From an uncultured Nitrospirota bacterium (GTDB taxonomy: Bacteria > Nitrospirota > Nitrospiria > SBBL01 > CAZOFZ01): a DNA stretch of 33,604 nt. A program made the translations under genes and the position numbers. Position 1 is the stretch's first letter. Every line of letters starts with the position of its first letter. The stretch is from assembly GCA_964579175.1 (NCBI GenBank), contig CAZOFZ010000005.1, positions 1 to 33,604 on the forward strand. Reading direction: 5' to 3'. Shown piece by piece: positions 26,797 through 33,604 of this stretch. The notes beneath the pieces were generated by a model. That model was not told the DNA's origin and did not search any database. It worked only from the letters and a program-made list of their open reading frames with translations.

Positions 26797-27126
26797 TTAT
26801 TTTAAAATATAAAGTAATGCCTCAAGTTCTCGCCTCACCCGCTGGATGAGAGGCCCTTCTCGATGCCCCTCGAAAGATCGCGAGGATTCGTCCCTTTGCT
26901 CTGACAGTTTCTTTCTGGCACCGGATATGGTCAGGCCTTCTTCGTACAGGAGGGCCTTGATCCGATGCACCATCGCGATGTCCGCTTCCGTATAGACGCG
27001 TTGATTTCCTTTGTTTTTCGGGGGATGTAGCGACGGGAACTCCGACTCCCAGAAGCGAAGCACGTACGTCTGAAGCCCCGTTATTTTACTGACCTCCCCA
27101 ATTTTATAGAAAGGCTTTCCCTGCAT
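26797..27126 (-). CDS. MerR-family HTH regulator (ihfA-associated type)
   Basis: YKIGEVS...YVLRFWESEFP.L.P.K...QRVY...LLYEEGLTISGARKKL. Confidence 0.92.
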   Translation of the reverse strand: MQGKPFYKIGEVSKITGLQTYVLRFWESEFPSLHPPKNKGNQRVYTEADIAMVHRIKALLYEEGLTISGARKKLSEQRDESSRSFEGHREGPLIQRVRRELEALLYILK

Positions 27127-27178
27127 TTGGCGGTGTTAGGATAATTCCTGCGCCTGGCGCCCGATTGTCCTTCAGCCT

Positions 27179-27463
27179 CTATTGGTTGACAAACGCTTTA
27201 AATGCCTTGCTTGGCTTGAAGGTCACAACACAGCGTGGAGAAATGCCAATTTCCTCTCCCGTCTTTGGGTTCCTCCCTTTTCGGGCGCGTTTTTGACGAA
27301 CCACAAAATTCCCGAACAACGGAATCTTCACGTTCTCTTTTTCTCTCAAGACGCCTTTGATGGAGTCCAGAACGACCTCCACGAACACGAGCGACTCTCG
27401 AACGGAGAAATCCGGCTCCGGAACCTTTCGCGATACAAACGCTGCAATGTCAATCTTTCGCAT
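27179..27463 (-). CDS. ihfA: Integration host factor subunit alpha
   Basis: VKI..FGNF.VRQKRARKGRNPKTGEEI.I.PR.VVTFKPS; upstream of merR-like gene and tRNA-Pro. Confidence 0.88.
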   Translation of the reverse strand: MRKIDIAAFVSRKVPEPDFSVRESLVFVEVVLDSIKGVLREKENVKIPLFGNFVVRQKRARKGRNPKTGEEIGISPRCVVTFKPSKAFKAFVNQ

Positions 27464-27554
27464 GGCCCCCACCCGACCACTGCCCTCTATTTTAGGGAGG
27501 ATACGCGGCTATTGATACAACAGGGCTAGGACGGAAGTCAAGCGCGTGCCCCCA

Positions 27555-27962
27555 TGTCAATCCAAAATAGAAATGTCCGGTTTAGGGGATCGCAGCCCCC
27601 GCCTCTTTTTTCTTCTGCAACATGAAGGGTTTCCTCCAGGGACGATCCGGAAAGGATTTCACCGGGTGAGGGTTCAAGATGACTTTCGGTAAGGTACGAC
27701 CCCTGCGGACCGTCCCCTCATACCCATAGAACCGCGCAAAGGCCCGACTGCTCGCATCGTCAATGCAGGCCATCAACACACAGGCCGGCCCTCGCTCTTC
27801 AAACCACGGGTAATGCGAGCCGTCCATCTGGGTCAGTTCATCCCCAGCTTCCCGCACCCGTTTGACGATCCGACGAACCTGCCGATCCGTCCGCCCCAGC
27901 AGCCGGCCCGCCTCGACCTGCCCCAGTTTCTTCTCCATCACTTGATGAATCATTGATTGACA
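27555..27962 (-). mobile_element. Internally deleted ISNCY (IS1202-like) element
   Basis: Right end TGTCAATCCAAAATAGAAATGTCCGG and left end TGTCAATC. The 123-aa ORF (27582-27953) has an HTH, QMDGSH.PWFEERG...IDDASSR...FY..EGT integrase-core fragment and a PDRPWR tail. Confidence 0.8.
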
Positions 27963-28004
27963 ACGGACAGGCGGCTCTGTTAATAGCTTCTTCGTCGGAG
28001 AGAG

Positions 28005-28079
28005 GGGCGATTAGCTCAGTGGTAGAGCGCTTCCTTCACACGGAAGAGGCCGCTGGTTCGATCCCAGCATCGCCTACCA
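28005..28079 (+). tRNA. tRNA-Val(CAC)
   Basis: GGGCGATTAGCTCAGTGGTAGAGC...CTTCC-TT-CAC-AC-GGAAG...GGTTCGATCCC...ATCGCCTACCA. Confidence 0.96.
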
Positions 28080-28428
28080 TTTCCGGCGTGCCGGACGTTA
28101 CGTCGGCCAGGTTGGAGAGCAACAGGAACGGCTCCCCCCATTGCGCCGGGTCGGAAAGGCGGAAGATCGCCTCTTTCGGCCCAAACCGCAGACCGCAGTT
28201 TCCGCCATAAAGCAGATACGAGACACCGCTCCCCGAATCCTCTACGGGCCGCACGAACGCGGGTGTCGCCCCCTGGTCGCTCCAGCCCGTTACACTGTAC
28301 TCCTTCCCCTCGAGCGCTTCGTGATAGAGACGCACGGTCACCACCTGTCGAGGCGGACCGATCTCCCGAAACCGCATCATATCGCTCTCCCGGCAGTTTG
28401 CGTTCTCTTCGATCGCTTCCAGAATCAT
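28036..28428 (-). CDS. Hypothetical protein (130 aa) whose 3' end overlaps tRNA-Val antisense
   Basis: ATGA-coupled to the murU stop; globular-looking sequence (YSVTGW, LLYGGNCGLRF, WGEPFLLL). Confidence 0.75.
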   Translation of the reverse strand: MILEAIEENANCRESDMMRFREIGPPRQVVTVRLYHEALEGKEYSVTGWSDQGATPAFVRPVEDSGSGVSYLLYGGNCGLRFGPKEAIFRLSDPAQWGEPFLLLSNLADVTSGTPEMVGDAGIEPAASSV

Positions 28429-29225
28429 GGACTGTCTATCCCCGAAACGTGCCCCGAAACGTGCCCCAAGACGTGCCCGGAAACGTGTGGCAGACGGGCT
28501 ACCCCGCGTGCCAGGTCGTCATTCGCCCAATGGTATCGCTCCGGCGTTCCCAGATCGCAAAAATAGCCGTCCGTCAGATAGCCGTAGAGGGCTTCTCCCT
28601 TTTTGAGCATCTCGATATAGACATCGGTAATAGACCCGTAAGACGGAAGAACATCGAGGAGGCGCGACCGGATCAGATGGACGCCCGTGAACATCGTAGG
28701 CCGGACCTCCCCTCTCCCCCCCTCCTCGGACAACGGAAAGGGAGGGCCCTCCCCCAACATCGTCCGGATGCGTCCGTCTCGACCGACCTCGATGATACCG
28801 AACGCTGCGGCATCTGAGGATTCCCGCAGGACAAGTGTCGCCACCCCGTCCGGATGTTTCATGTGAAAGGTCGCCACCGCATCCAGATCGAGGTCAATCA
28901 GGATATCGCCGTTGATCGCGAGGAAGCTCTCCCCCGCAAGCTGCGACTGCACCTTTTTGATCGCCCCCGCCGTTCCCAGGAGGGTGGATTCTTCGGAGTA
29001 GGTAATCCGCATCCCCAGACGGGAGCCATCCCCAACCGCCCGCATGAGCATTTCGCCCAGATGGTGGACATTGACGATGACTTCCGCGATCCCATATTTT
29101 TTCAGTAGCAGGAGGCTGTATTCGATCATCGGACGCCCCCCCACCGGCAACAGCGGCTTGGGGGTCTGGTCGGTCCACGGGCGGAGTCGGCTCCCAATGC
29201 CTGCGGCCAACACGATGGCCCTCAC
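28425..29225 (-). CDS. murU: Nucleotidyltransferase, probable MurNAc-alpha-1-phosphate uridylyltransferase
   Basis: AIVLAAGIGSRLRPWT...PKPLL, LGTAGAI, INGDI, DLGTPE; GTGA-coupled to amgK. Confidence 0.8.
   Translation of the reverse strand: MRAIVLAAGIGSRLRPWTDQTPKPLLPVGGRPMIEYSLLLLKKYGIAEVIVNVHHLGEMLMRAVGDGSRLGMRITYSEESTLLGTAGAIKKVQSQLAGESFLAINGDILIDLDLDAVATFHMKHPDGVATLVLRESSDAAAFGIIEVGRDGRIRTMLGEGPPFPLSEEGGRGEVRPTMFTGVHLIRSRLLDVLPSYGSITDVYIEMLKKGEALYGYLTDGYFCDLGTPERYHWANDDLARGVARLPHVSGHVLGHVSGHVSGIDSP
28441..28488. repeat. 12-bp tandem repeat x4 encoding HVSG/HVLG units
   Basis: CCCGAAACGTGC CCCGAAACGTGC CCCAAGACGTGC CCGGAAACGTGT. Confidence 0.9.
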
Positions 29226-30271
29226 TGCGAAAGCTCCGGAACGAACTCCGCAAGATGCCGCTGTAGCGGGAGGAGCCGTGGATATTTAAGTAGGTTGCGC
29301 CGCACTTTGGCCAGCGTCGGCGGGACATATTGCAAGAAGCGGTCGTTCCCCTTGACCTTGTCAATGTAGACGAATCGGCCCGCGGCCTTCAGGTTGCGCT
29401 GGATGCTCATCAGATCGAACATCTCCCGAAACAGTGCCGGCGGCCTCTCCCCCATCGCATCCAGATAGTGGGCAATGAGCCGGTCAATGAGCGCTTCCGG
29501 AAGCTCCACGTAGGCGTCGCGCAGGAGGGAGGCCAGATCGTATTGGCAGGGCCCCATCAGGGCATCCTGAAAATCGAGCACCCGAATCGCGTCTCCCGGA
29601 GGCTGCACCATCAGATTGCGGCTGTGATAATCGCGGTGCGTGAAGACACGGGGCAGGAGCGATAACCGCAACGCGATGTCCGAAAACCAGGCCCGAATTT
29701 CCTTCCCTGCCTTCTCCGGAAGCGGACTCCCCCGTCGCGCCTCGATCCCATACCCGATGAAGTGGTCAAACTCCCAGAGCAGAAGCGCCTGATCGAACGC
29801 GCGGCCGTGCGCGATGGAAGTCCCCTGCCCCCCCTTCCGCTGCATCTGAATCAGCAGATCGATCGCCTTTCGATAAAGGGCTTCGATCTGTCCCTCGGAA
29901 GCCCCCAGAATGGCCTCCGAGAGGGTCTGATCCCCCAAATCTTCCAGCAACATCCACCCCCGCTCGGCGTCGTAATGAAAAATTTCCGGAACGGCCACGC
30001 CACAGGCGCGGAGATGGCGCTGAACGTTGATAAATGGCAGCTCCGCGCATTCGGCGTCCCCCCGGCTGGTGGCCTCCTCAGCGTGAGAGCGGATCCCCGA
30101 CTCGGGTGAGCCCAACACCATCAGGATGCGGGTTTCAGGCGCGTCTCCTCGAAGAAACGAGATGCGGAAGTAGCTGCGCGTCGAGGCATCCCCCTGGAGC
30201 TTCACCAGGGCGATCTCTTGGGGGTTCAGTCCGGTAAGGAGCGACGCGACCTGCCGAATATCGGGGATCAT
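29222..30271 (-). CDS. amgK: APH-family phosphotransferase, probable MurNAc/GlcNAc kinase
   Basis: LQGDASTRSYFR, LLEDLGD, HRDYHSRNLM, LDFQDA..GP..YDLASLLRD, QRNLKA.G.F; ATG 30271 overlaps the hemL stop. Confidence 0.85.
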   Translation of the reverse strand: MIPDIRQVASLLTGLNPQEIALVKLQGDASTRSYFRISFLRGDAPETRILMVLGSPESGIRSHAEEATSRGDAECAELPFINVQRHLRACGVAVPEIFHYDAERGWMLLEDLGDQTLSEAILGASEGQIEALYRKAIDLLIQMQRKGGQGTSIAHGRAFDQALLLWEFDHFIGYGIEARRGSPLPEKAGKEIRAWFSDIALRLSLLPRVFTHRDYHSRNLMVQPPGDAIRVLDFQDALMGPCQYDLASLLRDAYVELPEALIDRLIAHYLDAMGERPPALFREMFDLMSIQRNLKAAGRFVYIDKVKGNDRFLQYVPPTLAKVRRNLLKYPRLLPLQRHLAEFVPELSQ

Positions 30272-31554
30272 CGTACCTGCCCAAACGCGAAGGCTGCGGC
30301 CGCAATCGTCTTTTCCACATCGCTTTCCGTATGGGCGGAGGAGAGGAAGAAGGCCTCGAACTGGGAGGGGGGGAAATAGACCCCTTTTTCGAGCAGGGCC
30401 CGGAAAAATTTTGAAAACTTCTGCCGATCCGACAGCAGGGCGCTTCGATAGTCGCGCACCGGACATTCGGAAAAAAAGAGGGTCATTTGAGAGGCGATCC
30501 GGTTGATTTGAACGGGGACACGCGCCCGACGCGCGGCATGGGTCAGACCCGCCTCAAGCTGCGCTGCGCGCGCCTCTAATCGTTCGTAGAATTTGGGCCG
30601 GGCCAGCAGCGACAGCATGGCGATCCCCGCCGCCATCCCAAGCGGATTGCCCGAAAGGGTCCCCGCCTGATAGACGGGGCCCACCGGCGCCACTTGTTGC
30701 ATCAGTTCCAGTTTCCCGCCGTATGCCCCCACCGGCAGCCCGCCGCCGATGATTTTTCCCAGACAGGTGAGGTCGGGTCGAATCCCAAAGCGCGACTGTG
30801 CCCCGCCGAAGGCCGTGCGGAAGCCGCTGATGACCTCGTCAAAAATCAGGAGGGTACCGAAGGGGCGGGTCCATTCCCGAAGCGCCGCCAGGAAACCGGC
30901 CTCCGGCAAGACGGTCCCCATGTTTCCGGGTACCGGTTCCACAATCAGGCAGGCAATTTCGTTCCCCTGCCGCTGCATCAGGGCCTCGACAGCTTTGATA
31001 TCGTTGAACGGCAGGGTGAGGGTGTCGCGCGCCAGATCCTTCGGCACCCCCTCGGAGTCCGGCACGCCGAAGGTCATCGCCCCCGATCCCGCCTTGACAA
31101 GCAGCGCGTCGGAGTGGCCGTGATAGCACCCTTCGAATTTGACGATTTTTTGACGTTTCGTGGCGGCGCGCGCCAATCGGATGGCGCTCATCGTCGCCTC
31201 CGTGCCGGAATTGACGAACCGCACCTGTTCCATCAGCGGGAAGGCCCCCTGAATGGATCGGGCCAGCGCCACTTCCAGTGCCGTCGGCGCCCCAAAACTC
31301 ATTCCCCGCATTGCCGTCTCGCAAACGGCCTCCACCACGGACTTCGGGGCATGGCCCGCAATCAGCGCCCCCCACGACAAGACATAATCTATAAAGCGGT
31401 TTCCGTCGCAATCGGCGATTTTGCTCCCTTTGGCCCGCCGGATGAACAGCGGATCGCCCCCCACCGCGCCAAATGCGCGCACGGGCGAGCTGACCCCCCC
31501 GGGCATCCGCCGTTTCGCTTCTTCAAACAATTCCGAAGATTTTGTTCGCAGCAT
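30268..31554 (-). CDS. hemL: Glutamate-1-semialdehyde 2,1-aminomutase
   Basis: MPGGVSSPVRAF, VNSGTEATMSAIR, FEGCYHGH, FDEV, GKIIGGGLPVGAYGG, YQAGTLSGNP, PSQFEA. Confidence 0.97.
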   Translation of the reverse strand: MLRTKSSELFEEAKRRMPGGVSSPVRAFGAVGGDPLFIRRAKGSKIADCDGNRFIDYVLSWGALIAGHAPKSVVEAVCETAMRGMSFGAPTALEVALARSIQGAFPLMEQVRFVNSGTEATMSAIRLARAATKRQKIVKFEGCYHGHSDALLVKAGSGAMTFGVPDSEGVPKDLARDTLTLPFNDIKAVEALMQRQGNEIACLIVEPVPGNMGTVLPEAGFLAALREWTRPFGTLLIFDEVISGFRTAFGGAQSRFGIRPDLTCLGKIIGGGLPVGAYGGKLELMQQVAPVGPVYQAGTLSGNPLGMAAGIAMLSLLARPKFYERLEARAAQLEAGLTHAARRARVPVQINRIASQMTLFFSECPVRDYRSALLSDRQKFSKFFRALLEKGVYFPPSQFEAFFLSSAHTESDVEKTIAAAAFAFGQVR

Positions 31555-31570
31555 GACCGGAAACCACCCC

Positions 31571-33340
31571 CTAAAAAGCCGGAGCGCCGTTCAAGAAGGG
31601 GATCAGCCGATCTGCCGGCATCGGCCTGGCCAACAGATAGCCCTGAATGCGATCGCACCCCAACGCCCGTAACAACTGCAGTTGAACGTCCGTTTCGACC
31701 CCCTCCGCGATCACGTCCATCTCCAGGGCGTGCGCCATCGTAATCATCGCCTTTACAATAGACCGGCTGGAAGGATCCGTTTGAAGATCGCGCACGAAGG
31801 ATTGATCTATCTTGAGGGTGTCAATGGGGAAGCGACGCAGGTAGCTGAGTGAAAAATATCCGACGCCAAAATCGTCCACCGAGATGCCGAGTCCCATCCG
31901 ATGGAGTTCATCCAAAACGGTGGCCACCCGATCCACGTCCTTCATAATTGCCCCCTCCGTGATTTCCAGTTCCAAGACGGAGGGGGGGAGTTCATATTCG
32001 CGTAAAACCTCCCGGATCAGGTCTACGATACAAGCCTGCTGAAGCTGGATGGGGGAGAGATTGACGGCCACGCGAAGGGGGGGGAGCCCCCTGGCGCGAA
32101 AGTCCCGAATTTGCGCGCAGACCGCCCGCAACACCCATTCTCCAATCTGAACGATCAGGCCGGTTTCTTCGGCCAGGCCGATAAACGCGGAGGTCGGGAT
32201 GGCCTCCATTCGGGCCGGATGCCAGCGTAAGAGGGCCTCCACGCTTTCGATCGGCCCGGGCGACAGGAGTTTCCCCTGCGGTTGGTAACAGAGGCTGAAT
32301 TCGCATCGCCGCAACGCATTTCGCAAATTGGTCTCCATGGACATCTGCATGGAGACCCGGTCGTGCACGAGGGCGGAATAATACGCATAACTATTCTTCC
32401 CCTGTCCTTTCGCGCGGTACATCGCCACGTCGGCGTTTCTTAGCAACGTCTCCGCATCTTCGCCGTCGGTTGGATAGAGCCCGATGCCGATGCTGGCCGT
32501 CACAAACAGCTCCCGTTCTTCCACATAAAAGGGAGATCGCATTGCCTCCAACAGATTTCCCACAATTTTTTCGATATGCTGTATCTGCTCCACCTCCTCG
32601 AAAACCAGCACAAACTCATCCCCCCCCAATCGAGCGATGGTATCAATGGCCCGCACCTCCGAGACAAGCCGATCGGCGACCCCCTTGAGGAGGCGGTCTC
32701 CAACGAGATGCCCGAAGGTGTCGTTCACCCCCTTGAAACCGTCCAGGTCCAAATAGAAAATCGCCACGATCTGTCGGCTGCGACGTGCCTTGGAGATCGC
32801 CCGATCCAGGCGATCCGCGAAGAGAAGGCGGTTTGGCAGGCCGGTTAAGACATCATGGCTGGCCATGTGCCTTAAACGTTCGTCCATCTGTTTCCGTTCG
32901 ATCGCATAGTGGAGCGAACGGGCCAGCAGATGCCCGTCACCCTGTCCCTTGATGAGATAGTCCTGGGCGCCGCTCTGAACCGCCTTCAACGCGAGCGTTT
33001 CATCGTCGCGCCCGCTCCAAACCACAATCGGGACGGACGGCGCCGCCGCGGAGAGTTCCGAAAGCAGCGGGAGACCCTCCCCATCCGGCAGCGACAAGTC
33101 CAGAAGGATCACGCCAAAAGACATCTCGCCCAGGCGTAATAAGGCCTCTTCCAGACAGTCGGCATGGGTCAGATGAAAAGTGCCGGAAGCGGCCTGCGAC
33201 AACATGACCCGCGCGAAACGCGCATCATTTTCATTGTCTTCGACCAGCAGGACTTGAATAAGATCGGACACTGGAACCGGGGTCAACACGGGCGGGGTCG
33301 GCAGAGCGTGCGCTTCCATATTCAGACGGACTTCCTCCAT
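31571..33340 (-). CDS. Response regulator with diguanylate cyclase and phosphodiesterase domains (REC-GGDEF-EAL)
   Basis: VEDN...LLDLSLPD...GAQDYLIK receiver; D.LTGLPNR, RAID I-site and RLGGDEF; VEALLRW, ELEITE, DDFGVG, LKIDQSF, AEGVE, QGY. Confidence 0.95.
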   Translation of the reverse strand: MEEVRLNMEAHALPTPPVLTPVPVSDLIQVLLVEDNENDARFARVMLSQAASGTFHLTHADCLEEALLRLGEMSFGVILLDLSLPDGEGLPLLSELSAAAPSVPIVVWSGRDDETLALKAVQSGAQDYLIKGQGDGHLLARSLHYAIERKQMDERLRHMASHDVLTGLPNRLLFADRLDRAISKARRSRQIVAIFYLDLDGFKGVNDTFGHLVGDRLLKGVADRLVSEVRAIDTIARLGGDEFVLVFEEVEQIQHIEKIVGNLLEAMRSPFYVEERELFVTASIGIGLYPTDGEDAETLLRNADVAMYRAKGQGKNSYAYYSALVHDRVSMQMSMETNLRNALRRCEFSLCYQPQGKLLSPGPIESVEALLRWHPARMEAIPTSAFIGLAEETGLIVQIGEWVLRAVCAQIRDFRARGLPPLRVAVNLSPIQLQQACIVDLIREVLREYELPPSVLELEITEGAIMKDVDRVATVLDELHRMGLGISVDDFGVGYFSLSYLRRFPIDTLKIDQSFVRDLQTDPSSRSIVKAMITMAHALEMDVIAEGVETDVQLQLLRALGCDRIQGYLLARPMPADRLIPFLNGAPAF

Positions 33341-33403
33341 CGCAACCTCACCGGTTCGATCGGACAGCGGGGCTTACGTCGCGCCCCCCTTGCGGGCAAT
33401 CAA

Positions 33404-33557
33404 GGGCACATCTAAAAACCTACTACGCGGCCCAATTGCTGCGTTGCGCGGTGCTCGGAATCCTCATGTACATTGTGTACATTGTGGTTCCTGTGCGCAG
33501 TAGCGCCTTGCACTTGGGCCGCAGTCGGCGCCCGACCGCTCGTGACGGTTTTTAGAG
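33404..33557. mobile_element. MITE family A, near full-length copy with truncated right end
   Basis: Aligns over its length with 4581-4722; carries an extra GTCGG/CCGAC mini-hairpin near the right end and lacks the terminal GTGCCC. Confidence 0.85.
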
Positions 33558-33604
33558 CAACTGTCTTGTCAAATCCCTGTGAAAGGGAGTTTCTGCCGCG
33601 CGGT

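Noticed and set aside
27500-27520. IHF autoregulatory site upstream of ihfA
   Set aside because: TATCAA is present on the minus strand, but the TTR of WATCAANNNNTTR is missing.
27520-28000. dif/Xer site beside the IS1202-like element
   Set aside because: No XerD-arm-like TTATGTTAAA sequence and no target duplication visible.
28441-28488. CRISPR array
   Set aside because: 12-bp units with no spacers, inside a CDS; no cas genes or repeat-spacer arrays anywhere in the window.

Overview
A GC-rich bacterial chromosomal segment of mostly housekeeping genes, nearly all on the minus strand. Gene order and protein style suggest Nitrospirota or a related deltaproteobacteria-like lineage (inference, not checked). 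Left to right: ctpA-envC-ftsX-ftsE; yraN-rnhB-rplS-trmD-rimM-khpA-rpsP-ffh; an AAEAP-repeat lipoprotein; a plus-strand block dksA-hyp-rpiB-gnd; argS, a two-GAF protein, pilT-pilB and a rhomboid protease; RNase P RNA-rnhA-zinc-ribbon protein-tRNA(CAT)-rpoD-dnaG; an exported pentapeptide-repeat protein; tRNA-Pro-merR-like-ihfA; an ISNCY remnant; tRNA-Val; hyp-murU-amgK-hemL; and a REC-GGDEF-EAL protein. No CRISPR, prophage or defence system is visible. The unusual signal is small repetitive DNA inside and beside core genes: (i) a modular multi-hairpin repeat, one copy of which sits in frame in the EnvC coiled coil; (ii) a ~142-bp MITE with an ERIC-like core in four copies, whose ends supply the apparent ribosome-binding sites of ftsE and rpiB; (iii) three decayed transposase remnants; (iv) many short in-frame tandem duplications. 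No database searches were run, so family calls rest on motif recognition.
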